A stretch of 64,000 bases of DNA. Origin: Vicugna vicugna. Lineage: Eukaryota. Location: positions 2,419,690 to 2,483,689 of the forward strand of contig MU058384.1 of assembly GCA_013265495.1 (NCBI GenBank). The letters are read 5' to 3'. Positions 1 through 14,103 of the stretch are shown here, one piece after another. The position numbers and the translations under genes were made by a program. Within the stretch, counting starts at the first letter, position 1; the number at the start of each line of letters is the position of its first letter. The notes beneath the pieces are model-generated. The model was not told the DNA's origin, did no database searches, and saw only the letters and a program-made list of their open reading frames with translations.

Positions 1-1519
1 GGCTTGTGAAAGTGAAGGGGAATGTGTACCATAATTTGTGAATATGGTGTGACTGAAAAAGGCAGATATACTTCTGGGTTTTCATTGCAACATATTTACA
101 CCAACTTTTGTAAAGTTTTCTGGAATCACAGTTGTATAAATACATCCAGATGAATACAGAGTATCATAAATCACACATACTGGCAAATGAGTATTGTAGC
201 AACACAAATATTTTGGAAGCCCAGGAAGCCAGGGAGAGCATCTGGACACGGTTCTAAGTGCTCCAGCGGAAGTGTTTGCTCCCACAGCAATTGAGACGAA
301 ACTTTTCCTTTTTGGAAATATTTCCTGGCACAACAAGTACTTAATGAAAATTTAAAACAAGATTTGGACTGCTTCTATGGTGCCTTTTATAAAATTGCTT
401 TGTATTTAAAAAAAGAAATCTCCATGTCTTGATGAGAGGAATGGGTGGATGGGTAGCTTTATCCTTCATAGATAGAAATGTCCTCATTTCATGTTGACTG
501 TTGAGGAATGGTAACAAGGGCTCCTTAACCTTTGGGGTATTTCGCTTTTCACTCTATTTTGTCTTCTGTTGGTAATTGGCAGCTCATCTTCCACCTCAGA
601 GAGAACAGATTAGTGAGTGTAAGTTGTCCAACTGAATGGTCCATAAATTACAAGGGAAGTAAGAAAAAGTAGCATCCTTGAAAGGTGACACTGATGTCCA
701 TCCTCCCAAAATGCAGAGTCCATAAACGCCGAAAGGGTTGAATGCAGATGAGTGAATGTTTGATGGCTTTCAGCGTGATTTAAAACAAACATTAGTTTGA
801 TATTTGCCGTCACTTTAGATTTGAGATTATAAGACTAGGACAGGAACAGGCTTCTCTTCAGTCACCCACTGAGAACATCGAACTGCCTTTTCTGTTTCCC
901 ATAGAAAGTTAACATTCGTATGGCAGATATTATATAGATCTTTGTTTATATGCTTTTTGGCTTATGATAGTAAATTTGGCTGAAAATGACTTTGTCTTAA
1001 TTACGCCCCGCCTCTCATTCACCTTCACGAAATTGTTGAATAGATCCATTGTTGGCTTGTTATCTGCAAAAGATAAAGTGTCTGTGAGCTGAGGGGAAAA
1101 CAGGAGCCCCCATAATAGATGAGATTCCTCTGGCACATGACACGCCAAAGTTCACCCAGACTGCTGTTTTGGACAGTGTGTGACTAGATTTTCTTTAATT
1201 TTCCCTTTCCCCCATTTCGATATTGGAAAGTGACCCTCGTGCTCCGTGCATGGGGAGCAGCTACCTTTCTCTGTCTCCCGCTGGGTACCGGCCCCCAGCA
1301 GCTCTGTGTGATGTCAGAAATTAGGTCCGACTGGATGGATGCCCCGTAGGGAAACGGGAGAACTGGCTTCTTTCTGCCAGAGTGTTGTTTCCCTCTCTGC
1401 ACAACAAGAATTCTTGCTTTAATTCTAAGATAATTCTCTGGTAGGTGTTAAGAGTCCTTTGCTGCTTTCCAGTAAGGGAATCTAGTGTTTGTGATACCCT
1501 CCTAACGCCCCAATTTCTA

Positions 1520-1995
1520 TCTCCAACTGAGATCGCTCCCTGCACTTCAAATGTAACTGACCAGCTACCTACTCCACATTTCCAACGGGATGTCTGATCG
1601 ACTTCCTGAACTCCTGGTACCCCACCCCCTCACTGCCCCGTCCCCACATCTCTTCCCCTGCAGGCTTCCTCATTTCCAAGGGCAGCAAATCCATTTTTCC
1701 AGTTGAGCAGGCCATAAACCTTGAAGTCGTATGTGACTCATTCTTCTCTCGTACCCCTATTCAAGGTGTGAGAAAATCCCATTGACTCATTTTAAAAAAT
1801 ATCTTCCTGGATCTGACTGCCTCTCACCACCTCCACTGCCAGCTCCTTGCCTGGGTCTCACCTGCACCGCGATCATAGCTTCCCTTGACAACCTCTTTTC
1901 ATCCAGAGTGAACCCTTCAAAATATAAGTGAGCTCATGTGACACAAATGGCTCAAAACGCCATTTCACTCGGAGTGAAAGCTCATGCCTTGGCAA
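1520..1995 (+). mobile_element. LINE-2 fragment
   Basis: Pyrimidine-rich L2 motifs (ccataaaccttgaagtc..tgactcattcttctctc, cctctcaccacctccactgcc). Confidence 0.7.
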
Positions 1996-3994
1996 CCTCT
2001 CTTTATTTTGGGAGCATCAATCAGAGGCCAGAGCTAAATCCTAGAGGAGAAAGGTGGTTTTCTAAGCCACAGAACTTGTCGTTGTGTCCAGTCCTTTAGT
2101 CTGGCAGAAAAGGAAAACGTTTCCCTGCTGGACCCACAGCCCCAGGTGAGTGATGCTCTTGTCCGATGCTCGTGGAAAGAATGGTCTTTAGTGAGACACT
2201 GTCATCTTTTCTGCAGTGGGAAGGAAGGCAGTTCCAATCTGTAGCCATCTGTGTATTTAATACAGCTACTGAGATGTGCCTTTAGTCTTCGTGAAGTAAG
2301 CTTGGTAAGAGAGCGTTTCTGTTGGAATTTTGGAAGATTGATTCCCATGGCTTTTATTTATTTATTTTTTGGATAGGGATTAAGTTAGGACAAAACAGCA
2401 GGGGGCCTGTCCAAATTCGAAAGCCAACTGAAGTGTTTAATAAGTAGCTCAGTTTTTATTCCTATGCGTGTATTTGTTTTGCTGAGCTTTGGTCTGTTAT
2501 AAGAAATATCAAAAAGCCCTCTCATGGTAAGTGCTGGTTGTTTCACTCTTTCATAGTACCCCGGCTTTTTTTTTTTCTTTCATAGCATCATTAAAATGGA
2601 GGGCAGGCTCTGAGCTCACTCACGGAGTGGGATCGGCATGTTTTCTGGGACGTATATCACGTTGTGTGTAGTTATAGGCGCCGTGGCTTCCCTGTTAGAT
2701 TCTCAGCTCCTGGCGGGCTTATCCCATTAACGTGACCAAGAAAGAATTGCAACCGGTATTTGTGATTAAAGGTACGACATACAATATTGAACCTAGTTCA
2801 GGTGAAAAGGATTTGAGCCATCACTCTCATGGAGTTGGGGGGGAGGACTTTTCTGAGGATAACTTAAAATAGAAAAAGGGATTTTTGTACTTTCAATGGG
2901 ACTGAAAATATGAAGGCAAAAAGCAGAGCAAGAAAGATTTGTAACTTTCGAAGTTTTGTTTTCTGTAGCAACCTGATGGAAAAATCTAACGCTACAATTT
3001 CAATCATCAATGGCTTGTAAGAGGGGGAAGCTGATCATAAAGGAGGAGAAAGGTTAATGTGTTTCTAGAAATTCAAACATTCAGAACAAATGAGTCTAGA
3101 CTTTGTGGTGACAGGGAGGGAGACGTGTTTCCCGGGTACCTTTCTGGTCTTTGAAGTGGCAGGTCACCATTAGGGAAAAGGCCCGTTCCTTGCTGGCTCC
3201 TCTCAAGCACCGTCCTGAAGTGGTTACACTTCTGCTGGAGGACTGAGGGTTTACTCACCAAGGAGAAACATATCCTTTAAGCACTTTCTCCTCTTTTGAG
3301 TTTTCAATCAGGGGAGGTTGGGGAGGGAGCTCCAATGCATAGTCCCATGAATGGGCAATTGACTGTAAACAAAAAAATAAATAAAAGTGCTTAAAATTAA
3401 CTTTAGAAATATGAGATTATTTGTCTCTCAGCAAACTGTCATTTAAATATGGGAGCTTTTCCTTTTTATATTTATTTAAAATTTAAAAATCTAATAACTA
3501 TTACTATTGAAATTTTGTCTCATTTGATCTTTCCATCCCTTATCTAAGTTTTCAGACCCCCTGGATTATTTTCGAGGGTTCCCCTTTATGCATTTCATTC
3601 TCTTACTGTTGCAACATTTGTTCCCTATTTTCTCGTGAATATACTTATAATTTGGTCTCTATACTTTTCTGTCCCTGTTAGGTACTATGAGCACAAGCTG
3701 GTTACTATTCAGGACCTTACATCAGACTACCCAGAGGTGCTCTGTTAATATCTGTTGAGTGATTGCATGCTTAGCTGCATTGAAGACTTCCCCTTTATCT
3801 CTGTGAACTATTACGGTTATTGAAAGTTACAGGAACTTAGACCTATAGGCTGTGTTTTTGGCTCAGTAGAATGAAAGTGGTGGAGCCATCATTTTCATGG
3901 CCAGTTAAGATCTTACTAAAATGCACACATTCAGGATGAGGAGCCTGAAATCTGCACGATGTGATTAACCAAGAGTGAAATTTTTGCAGGTGAA

Positions 3995-4175
3995 GCAGAA
4001 AGACTCTTAACCTAGGAACCAGAGAGGCTTTCTCATCCTGGGTCTATCATTTACTGACTGTGAGGAAGCCACTTAACCACTGTGAGCCATTTCCCCATCT
4101 AATAAGTAGAAGCGGCTGCCCTGCCTACTTGATGGGTTGATTCTGTGGGAACCAAATGAGATGAAGTACCTGGAA
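3995..4175 (+). mobile_element. MIR SINE
   Basis: MIR core: tttactgactgtg..ccacttaaccactgtgagcc..tttccccatct..aaatgagat. Confidence 0.7.
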
Positions 4176-4229
4176 TGTTAGCAGGGAAACTGGCAATCCT
4201 CTTCATTTCCTCCTTTGTCTTCCTCCTCT

Positions 4230-4915
4230 TCCTGTCAACTCCACCTTTTTAATGTGTTCCGGAACCCATCCCTCCTCTTCATCCCCTGGGCCAGCACTGC
4301 CTCAGTGGATGACTGTTCACATTTCGTGCTTTTTTTTTTTTTTTTTTTGATTTATCAGGCTCCTAACTTTCTGATTCTAGGCTAATTGCTCTTTGATCTC
4401 CTCCTCCACACTGTTTAGAATGGGACAGACCTCAGCGTGTTTCTTGTGTGACAGAAACTCTTCAGTTTCCCCTACCCCTCACCACACCACTGGCTTCAGG
4501 ATAAAGTTTAACTTCCTTCACATGATGCAGAGGAGCCTTTTGTGAAAGAACCTCCCTGTCTTCCTCTTCAGCCTGAGTTCCCACCAGCCTCTTCCCTCAT
4601 CACCATTCACTGCTTTTGCACATCTGTGCACGCACCAGGACCCTCAGCTGTTTCTTTTCTGTTAATTCTATCTAATATTTTGATCAGACGGACAGAACTC
4701 AGTCCATATGTTACCTCCTCTTGGAAGCTCACCGTAACCAACATTCCAAAGCTGGCTTTCAACCCCTCCGATGTGCTGCCTCTCACACTGTCCTACAGCT
4801 GTCTGTTTTCCTGTGCAAGGCAGTAAGAACCTAGAAGGCAGGGCATGTGAGTTATCCATTATCCCTGATGCTGAAAATCGCACAAATGTTCGTTGAATTA
4901 ATTCATGAATGTTTG
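4230..4915 (+). mobile_element. LINE-2 3' fragment(s)
   Basis: caggataaagtttaacttcctt..., tagaaggcagggc..., aaatgttcgttgaattaa..tgaat tail. Confidence 0.55.
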
Positions 4916-5441
4916 AAAGTCTTTAAAAATATGAAGGAAATTCTGGTATATCGTCTGGTTTAGTATTAGAAGCAAAATGGAAATCGTTACCTATCCTGCC
5001 CTTGTATAAAGTTATAAACTGTTCAGACCAGAGATCCTGGGGCTCATTTCAGCTGTTCTCTTTAAGTAATTTCTCAGGAATTGAAATGCACTAAGAATTT
5101 CAAGTAAAATTATCTGGGAAGGAGAAGTAGCTGTGTCAAAAAATCCGTGAATGGTTTGGATTTCACCTGGGAAAACCATGTCTGGGACGCAGAATCCCAG
5201 TATTCTACAGGGGTAAGTGACATGGATGCTGTTAAACACAGCCAGGTGTTCAGGACTAAGGATGCAGTATTTCTGACCTGGAAGGGCGGTGCACACTAAA
5301 AATATTAACCCATTCAAGAAGTGTATAGATAAACAATGTAATGATTGATCCATAATTGACTATCAAGGTAAAACCGTCTGTTTGAGTCTTCTGGAATTGA
5401 GGGATTCAAATCAGGGAAAATTGCTTTTCTGCTCTACCGAC

Positions 5442-5960
5442 TGTGATAGGGAAATTTTCGCCCCTGTGACGTTCAGCACCTGGTGTCATGCCTGCCAGTG
5501 TGTTACACAACATGGCAAAAGGGGGCTTTGCAGATGTAATTAAGGTTACTACTCAGGGACCTGAAGAAAGGGAGATTGGCCAGGATTAGCTAGGTGGGCC
5601 TAATGTAATCACACGCGCCTTTAAGAGCAGAGCTAAGATGAAGGAGGAATCAGAGAGATTAAATGTGGCAAAGATTCCGTGTTGCCGGCTTGAGGATGGA
5701 GGGAGCCCCTGGGAAGCCGGGCGAAGGAACTGACTTCAACAGCCTGAATGAGCTGGGAAGCCGATTTTCCTCTCCAGCCTCCAAGTAAGAGCACACACCC
5801 GCTGACACCTTGGTTTTGGCCTTGTGAGACTCCCAAGCAGAGAACCCAGCCAAGCCTGTGGGACTTCAGAGCTGTACAGCTGTGAGATAAAGACGTGGCT
5901 ATTGTTTTAAGGTGCTGAGTTGATAGTAATTTGTTACCACAGGGGTAGAAAACTACTCCA
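5442..5960 (+). mobile_element. MaLR solo LTR (MLT1D/E-like)
   Basis: TG...CA ends; ctttgcagatgtaattaagg, ggtgggcctaatgtaatcac, gctgacaccttggttttggcc, tgttttaag..gtaatttgttac..agaaaacta. Confidence 0.88.
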
Positions 5961-7569
5961 CCTAGAAAACAACATGAAACATGGGGCTGGGCTGTGAGAG
6001 CTTCTTGGTTAGGAAGGCTTGATTTCCAGTGGACCTTAACATTGAATGGACTGTGTTTGACAGACACTAAAATTAAATGCTCTTTCTGACAGCTGGAAGG
6101 GATCTTTATTTCTGGCTGATCCAAGAGTTTGCCTGACCTCTGGAACATCACAGGTGACCCGAAGCATGCCCCCAAGTATGTCTTAGACTTCCAAGAGCTC
6201 CAGTGGAAAAATCAACCAAGGGGACCCTACATTATTATATGCTGACTTCGTGCAGGGAAGGTTGACAATAATAAATCAGAGGAATGAGGATTGTTTTTGG
6301 TAGTAAGGTATCAGAGGCTCATTCTTAGTTTTTCCAAGCATTGTGTAAAGTAGGACACTTGAGATGTGTACTTCCTTTTCAGCATGACTTTTCTGATACT
6401 GCCTTTATGAGAGCCATTCTCCTTGTCAGAGGACCCCTCACGCCCCAAGTGCTTGAAATATACTGATTTTGACTTCATTTAAGAAATACTGGACTCTCCT
6501 ATTGAGATTCTAAAAGCCATTCATTTTATTTGTGGTGTACAGGACCGTGTTTTGTCCGTGTAGTGAATTTGTCCATATTAAATATGAAAATGGTTGACTT
6601 GGTATCAAAAGAGAGAACAGTTGTGTCTGTGTAGGATGATAATGGAGTCAGAAATTAACAGAGTCGATAACGCTGCTTCCTTGCCTTTGTAGAAACTGAC
6701 TCCTGCCTACATCTCTCTAGAGGACACCTACCCTTCTCAAAACATGAAATAACAACGTTATAAATAATTCTTGGGATGGCTGGCTGAAGAATGAAAATTA
6801 AAAAGAATGGGTTACTGACTTAGTGGGCCAGCACTGCCAACAAAGTTTAAAAACTTGACAAATGTTCTTTTTTCGGCTTGCTTTGGTCATTTCATATGTG
6901 TAGTGAATTTGAGGTATCATTTTGACTTTGGAAGTGAGAGTTTGGTTTGACCTTCTACATGTTCATTTCATCACTCACATATTGTCTACATTTTCTTGCT
7001 TTCTAAGCCAGTCTCTATCCTCTTTGTCCTGGCGTATTTATTTTTCCAACAAAAAACATTTACTTAGTATGAGAGCAAACCTCCTGCCCAGTGGTGTTTG
7101 AAGACCAGGCTGGCTCCTAAATTGTCACCCTCCATGTCCTTTCTTCCTTGGTCCTAACACTTGGCACACTTGTTAACCCAAGTCTGCTTACTTTTTTTTC
7201 CCGCCTTCTAAGTATGTTTTCATCCCTTCCTTCTGAATGGAAAAACCTTTGGTTTTTTTTCTCTCCATTCTACCACTGTTTTTTTTAAACTTCTCAATCA
7301 CTCCAGTTTTCCTCTGAGTATTAGGAATGTATTTTAAAAAGTAATATCAAAAACAAAATCCTGATCTTTTAGGCTTAGAATCATCTGACATTGTATTTAT
7401 TTATAAAGCCTTATAATTATGTCAGATAACTTGCTTTCTCTCCATGGTCCTCTCATCTGAGTCTTAAGTGTACAACTTACCAGTTCCCAGTAAATTACAA
7501 AGTATGAACTGGAAAATGGTCCGTGAAGCTCAGAGGAGAAATGCGGGAGAAACAGGTTAGGAGAAAGGT

Positions 7570-7800
7570 CTGGCCTCCAGCTCATGGGCTCTTGTGTGGA
7601 GCTGTCTAATCACTGATGACTTTGGCTCTACCAGTGGGACTGTGTGGCAGTGGGGGCAAGTCACGTAACATCCCTGCGTCTCAGCTCTTTCACTTCTAAC
7701 ACGCAGATGGTAATCCCCTGACTCTTAGGACGTTCACGAACTTTAAATGGGATAATGCACGTAAAGCTGGCCTGGAACCTGGCTAGACGCGGTAACTGAT
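7570..7800 (+). mobile_element. MIR SINE
   Basis: ggcaagtcacgtaac..ctcagct..taaatgggataatgcacgtaaagc..cctgg. Confidence 0.65.
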
Positions 7801-8563
7801 GACTTCCGTTCTTCTCTCTGTGCTGTGTGTGTGTGAAATGTGCCGCGTTGGTTACACTGCAGCGTCAATGGGGGGGTCTTTGCACTTTGGGTTTTCGGTT
7901 TCCTATGTGGATTGGTAAGGACCTTGGTTTGTACCCACTTCTCTCTCCTGTTCATGTGCAAATGCTCTCAGCATGGGCCCCAGCACTGGGAATCGGCTGA
8001 GCTCAGACTTGCTGTAAACTCAGCGGCTATTGGAGAATGAAAACGAGAGGATTTGTTTTCATGGTACAATAGGCTTAAAAGACCTATGACTCTTATGTCA
8101 CCTGAAACTTAGAAAAAGAACAGAAACTTTGTTGCTGCTGCGCTCCAGCCTCCCCTGCTTCAGGTGCCCTGCTGCCGTCTGAGAGCAGCATCGGAACGTC
8201 GTCCAAAGGTCTGTTAGGGCTTTGGTGCTTCATTGAGTGTATTTTCCTCTAGAGAACCTTTAGTTTCTAAAATACGGCACTACGAAAGAAATCCTTATCT
8301 GTACAAAAGCCAGGGCAGCCTCACAGCGCTGGTCTTGACCTCATATGTCAATAGAGTAAAAAGGAGGCGCCCAGAGAGGGACAACATTGATTCGTGTGCT
8401 GCTTACACAGCTGGCTCAGTGTGCTTTCTTGTTTAAACACGGCATCGCAGAGACAAAGCGGCCAATGTTACCCACGTGACAGGGTGTATTACCTTTTTAA
8501 GGCCTATCTTTAAGTGTAAAGCAGGATAGATGTTGGGGGAATTTTTTAAAAAAGACCAAGATT

Positions 8564-8710
8564 CACAGGGAGCTATATTTAATATCTTGTAGTAACCTAT
8601 AATGAAAAAGAATATGAAAACGAATATATGTATATATACGTATGACTGAAACATTATGCTGTACACCAGAAATGGACACATTATAACTGACTGTACTTCA
8701 ATAATTTAAA
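8564..8710 (+). mobile_element. Young 5'-truncated L1 3' end with 16-bp TSD
   Basis: Cetartiodactyl-type L1 3' UTR (cacagggagctatatt..gctgtacaccagaaa..cttcaata) with A tail. Perfect direct repeat aaaaaagaccaagatt at 8548-8563 and 8711-8726. Confidence 0.92.
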
Positions 8711-9519
8711 AAAAAAGACCAAGATTGACAAAGTTTTTTATGGATACTATCAAGGTGGATTTTATTCAATGTAAGACCCTGTATCAGGTGATTTTAAAAC
8801 TCATTAGTATTGCAGCTAAAAAATAGAAAGAAAAGAGGATATTTAAATACAAAAGTAGATTGTTTTGAAAGTAGTGATATAGAGAAAGTTAAATTTCAAA
8901 ACTGATGAGATGTGGCCAAAACAGCATGCAGAGGAAAATTAGTAAGCGTGCACATTTTTATTTTTAAATCAAAAAGAAAATCAAGCTGTTGACTCCAGGA
9001 AAAGTATAAAGGAACATAGTTATTGAAATGGCTTATAATAAAAATAAGAGAAAAATGACAAACTCACTGGAATTTGTTTCATATATTGCAGGTGTTTGGG
9101 TAAAGAAGACAGGGCTGGGACGTGGCATATATAAGAAGGAAGAGAAGTGGGGACTGCATATGACAAAATGTGATGCTTTAACATTATGACCTAAAGAGCA
9201 TATTTTAAATTTTATTTTTAATCTTGTGATCATTTTGGCTAAATATTTTCAAATCACTTTTTTCCCTAAAAGACTTCCTTATCAGATTTCCAAATATTTC
9301 TCCGACACTTAAGTTGTCCTTAGAACTCCCCTGCGTTCCTTCATGTGTCTGCCTAGCCAACGTCTATTTTTATTTTGTCTTTTATTTTGCAACAAAAGTA
9401 TATCCATGATTTTATGTCTTCTAACTTGGGATTCATTATCTAGAGAGTATACAGGACTGAATCCTTGCTGTTTCTGACAGGCCAGAGCATCATCTCTCTT
9501 TATCTGTATCACATAAGTT

Positions 9520-9680
9520 CGTGCCCCAAATAGAACTTCAAGCTCAACTAATGTGATTCTGTCATTACAGATGTAAAAACAAAAACCAAGGTCCAGAGAC
9601 ATTAAGGTTCCAGGTCTCATCTAGCAAGTTGAGGACTAGAAATGACAGTCCTTGGCCCAGGGCTCCTCTGTCTCCATTAG
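9520..9680 (-). mobile_element. MIR SINE
   Basis: cattacagatg..aaaccaaggtccagagacattaag..ctagcaagt (antisense MIR core). Confidence 0.6.
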
Positions 9681-9939
9681 TGTGTAGCCAGCCCAGTTTC
9701 TCTATGCAGCAACCCTTTCAAACAATTTTCTCTTTGGTTTTTCTTACATGAAACTTTGGCAAGAAGGACTTCCATCATTCAGATGATTTTCAAAGACAAA
9801 GACTCTCCTTTTAATTTATTTCTGATATTTGAGTGGTCCTGTGATAATTTTTATGGTATCCTTCAATATTTTAAAACTTTTTTTTACTTGAGTACCTGCT
9901 TGCTGTGGAAGAAAACCTTTAAATCCCTCAGTCTTTCCT

Positions 9940-10480
9940 CTTTGGAAAAATTTTGGCAGTATCTACTATATAAGCTGACTAATTACACCCCATGAACCAG
10001 CGAATTCCCTTTCTAGGAATATACCCCATGTAAAGATGTAAACATGTTCATCAAATGACATGCATGAGAATGTTCACAGTTATACTTTTCATAGTAACCC
10101 CCAATGAGAAAAACAAAAAGTTCATTCATAATGCAGTGGATAAGTAATTCTGTTAGCATACAACAATGAGAATAAACAAACTACTGCTACCTGCCACCAC
10201 ACAGATGGATCTCACAAACATCACGTTGAGTGAAATATGCCAAATACAGAAGAGTATGATTCCAATCATATAAAATTCAAAAACAGGCAAAACTGATCTC
10301 TGGTGTTGGTGTCAAGGTGGTGGTTCCCTCTGTGGGTGGGGGTGTGAGCAAGGAGTCCTGGGAGCTGGTAACCTTCTGTATATGATCTTGGTGCTGATTA
10401 CATGACTGTCCGCTTTGTGGCAATTCGTTAATCTGCTCACTTAAAATTTGTGGACTTTTCTGTGCCCAATAAAAAGTGTG
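9940..10480 (+). mobile_element. Old L1 (L1ME/L1MB-like) 3' region
   Basis: tttggcagtatctact..ttctaggaatatacccc..gatggatctcacaaacatcacgttgagtgaaa..caaaaacaggcaaaact..caataaaaag. Confidence 0.85.
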
Positions 10481-10599
10481 CTTAAAATCCATGCTTAATT
10501 TTAGCCTTCAGTTCTCCCACTTTGCTTGCCCCTTGTGGGGCCTGGCTCTCTGTCTGCTCTGTTCCTGCCGTAGGTGTCCCCACAGGGCCCACGGAGAGG

Positions 10600-10815
10600 T
10601 GAGAGGTGGTTAGCATCCCAGACCTGGCTTTAATTCGTGCCCCACCCACTCGACATGCTTGTGGCCTTTGAACATTACAAAGCTCCTCACTGAGTCTCCA
10701 TTTCCTCAACAGCAGCAGCTCAGACACCGCAGGGCTGGGGTCAGCACCGGTGAGTGGAATGAGATGGTGCCAGAAACCCTCAGCTCGGAGTAGGCACTGT
10801 TAACTCTAGCTGCTG
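10600..10815 (+). mobile_element. MIR SINE
   Basis: ttgtggcctttgaac..ctgagtctccatttcctca..aatgagat..taggcactgttaa. Confidence 0.6.
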
Positions 10816-12889
10816 TTTTTAGTTTGTTTTCCTGAAGACTATTGTGTGCTTTTAAAACACAGCAATCTTGCCGCTTGGCACCAGGCTAGACCTGCCACGT
10901 GGACACGGGTTAGAGCTCCCGTTCTTGTCCTCAGATTTCACGCTCTCCCGTACTCTTGTGTCCCAGTGCTTCATTGTCACGAGTCCACGCCAGGAATTCC
11001 CAGTCAAGGGACCCGCCCTGCTCAGTGCACTGTCTTCTAGTCCCGGACGGCTGTTCTGCTCCAGCTTTTTTACCTTGAAAAGTTCTCATCAATCCATTGC
11101 CCACCCCACCCCCAAACCCCAACTGATAATTTTTTCCTCATAATACAAAAATACGCTGGGTAATCTGCAAGACTTGGTGGGCAGACTTCCCTTCCTGGCT
11201 TTGATGGGTACCTTCTGCCCAAATGAGTGGTTCTTCTCAAGGATGTTCGGAGCCGGCATCCAGTGTTGTTTGGTGGGAAGATGGTGACTACAGATGTTAT
11301 ACAGAGAGATCATGAGAGGGTGAAGTGGGGGGATGGAATGAAACTCATTAATTAGGAAAATAATGTCCTGACTTTATGCCTAAAGTTATTGTCATTTGTT
11401 AACCCAGGTTTTTTAATCTTGTTATGTAACGTCACGAACTCTTTGTCCACACTGCCATCGACAGGGCTCTGACGTGTTTCTTTATTAGAGACAGAACATT
11501 TCAGTAAGATTAATGTAAAGCAGAGAGTTGCTGATCAACCCCATTTGAATCCTGAAACGGAGGGAGTAAGAAGTATGGCCAGTGTGAGGGTTCTGGACCT
11601 TGCTCCAGGCATCCTGCTAAACACCCTGGTTGTGTGTGGAGGAGAGTCATTCATGAAGGGCGAGGGAAAGCTAGCACCAGATGACAATCTGCAGACACTG
11701 TGCTTGTTTTCAAGGATTATTTGTGGAAGTGGCCCTGCTCCATGCTAGTCTCCTAATGGGGACTATGTATCACAGATAGTTGAAAAAACATCTTGTATAA
11801 ATGTCACACTTGCCTTGCAAAATTAAATTATTCATGTATCAGGATGGCAGCAAATTACTTTCTTCATCCAAGATGCTGTTTCTCTGATTTTTAAAAAACT
11901 GGATAGGAACATTATTATTTAATGCTTTTATTATTATAATATCAGTGTTTATGAAGAAATAAATATTTCTGAGTTATGAGATACATAGAAATTCCATTTG
12001 ATTGCCATTTGTTTCTTGATAAAGCTTTTTTGAGGCCATCACTTGCTCAAAAGGAAAATTGGATAGCAGATTAGAATTTTTTTAAAAAGATTCACTTTCT
12101 ATTTTTACCAATAAATTATGCCTTGAAAAAAATACTGTCAAAGATGTTACTGTATATATGGTAAAGCATTTTTTCCTGCCTCATTCAGAGAAGGCTTATT
12201 TGTGCAATACGCTCAGAAAAATTGTATTTTGTCCCTAGATGCTCACCTGTGGAGTGTTGTATTCTTCAGTGGTATTTTAGAATGTGTAAATATTGGAGTT
12301 ACTCTATCATTGCTTAGATATTCAGTCTTCTCCATGAGAACACATGATATAGTAGAGAATTAAGGCCAAACATAAACTTTTCTAGCATTGCTTCTGTTGT
12401 TTTTCCCCCCAATTTTAATTGCATAAAGTGGTTGGAAAAGTGAGTTTGTTAAACTTGCTCTGTGAATTTGTAAAGTCAGATTGCAACAACCCATGGAATA
12501 TCCTGGTTTCTTGAAAATCATTCCTGTGTACCTGCTAGCCTCATCTCTATTGCTGTTATTTTTCTTATATAAAGTTCATTTGAGCCTGTATTTTTTTAAA
12601 AATCTGTAATTTTTTTTTAAAGTGCTCAAGAAAGGGAGTCTGTGGAAAGAAACCAATCCTGGGCTGTGTTGAACTGATAGTAGGCGACAAGGTGGAACAC
12701 TCCTTGTGGGCCACTGATGCAATCTGAGCAAATTCTCGAATTTTCTCAGCTTCTGATTCAGGAAGTTCTGATGAAAATGACCATGTATCTAGATTTGGAT
12801 CAAAACAGATATAAATGGCCCCAAATCCCAGTTGATTTTGGAGCATATTACTAATTGTTCTTTCTCAAGAACTTGGCCAGAAACCCTGC

Positions 12890-13325
12890 AGCAGGCTGTC
12901 ACCGGCATACCAGCTCCCAGCTCGCTCCCTGTCTGGCCTGACTTCCTTTCCTCTCATGTTAGCTCAGCTAACACCCTCACTTCCCAGGCTCCCTTGCAGC
13001 TAGGGTGCATTGAATTTGGATGCCAAACTGAGGAATCTTAGGCAGTAGCTGTGGAGGCTGTTTGGATCTACTGGCAAGCCCAGCAGCACTGGTCTCTTGC
13101 TTTTCTGACATTGGCTTCTGTGGACACCTGGCATCCAGACTTGTACATGATCCATGATTACCAATGATGACCAGCAGGTGGCAGCAGCAGCAGTGTTTCA
13201 TTGTACCAGTCCCGACTGCAGTAAGTAAACTTATCCTCTGGCCACCTGGAGATTCTGAAAGCCCTTAATATCCTTCAGTAATTCCTTTTAGCTTAACATA
13301 ACAAGTGGATTCTGTTGTTTGTATC
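12890..13325 (+). mobile_element. ERVL-type LTR (LTR16/LTR33-like)
   Basis: cacttcccaggctcccttgcagctaggg near the start and aattccttttagcttaa..agtggattctgttgtttg at the end. Confidence 0.7.
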
Positions 13326-14103
13326 GACTTGTTCTGGCACTGCCTTCGTAGCTGCTTTAACAAAATAGACATCCTGTTCCAATTATCTGATGTTCTTTCC
13401 CTAAATACTGACAGTGGCTAGATTTTTTTGTGTGTTCTTTATCAGAATTGATGCAGTATTCCAGAGCTGTATGTAATTAACATTGAGAGAAAGACAGCAT
13501 TTATGAAGTAAATACAGAGGCTATGTTATTTTTTATTTATGGGCTTTGATCATGACCATACAGACCTACTCTTAGAAAAAAAATCAGTCTGTTAAGGTAA
13601 GAAGTAATTCGGAACTAAAATCCTCATTCAGAATTGCTGAACAGTATAAAATTGAAAGAGAGGCTGACGAGACTAGAAGCTAACCCAAGTCAGCCGGTCG
13701 GTGACTGTTTCCTGCTCCCCAGACTGCTGGTGTCCTACCTGGAGTAGATGGCATTTAAGACAGTGTTAGGATCCAGCCAAAGGTTATGCGTGGGGGAAGT
13801 CATTAACATAAGGAGCACAAACTATTGACCCCTATTCTTTCTTTCATCAACATTAGTTTACCTTGGTTTTATAGAATTTGCCTACTTTTTCAGTGCATTT
13901 TTCTGTCTCTAAAATTTTTCTAAAACACAGGATGACTATCTTGTATGAAGACTTTTGATGTCCAATCATTACTCACTGAATGAAGTCCAACCTCTTTGAC
14001 TCGACAGATGAGGTTCTTCCTGACTGGCCCGGACTTACTTTTCTGGCCGTATCCCCCCTGCCACCCCTAGGAACCCCATTTTGTCATTCGCTGGGCAGTA
14101 GAT

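Noticed and set aside
2464..2532. Strong donor ATG|GTAAGT as another first exon
   Set aside because: ATG alone gives phase 0, which hits TAG early in exon 2. The phase-1 frame has an upstream TAG and no ATG. Could only be non-coding.
5151..5218. ATG frame ending at GG|GTAAGT
   Set aside because: Phase 2, out of frame with exon 2.
5633..6175. Longest ORF in the track (180 aa, minus strand)
   Set aside because: Overlaps the MLT1 LTR, non-ATG start, no protein-like features.
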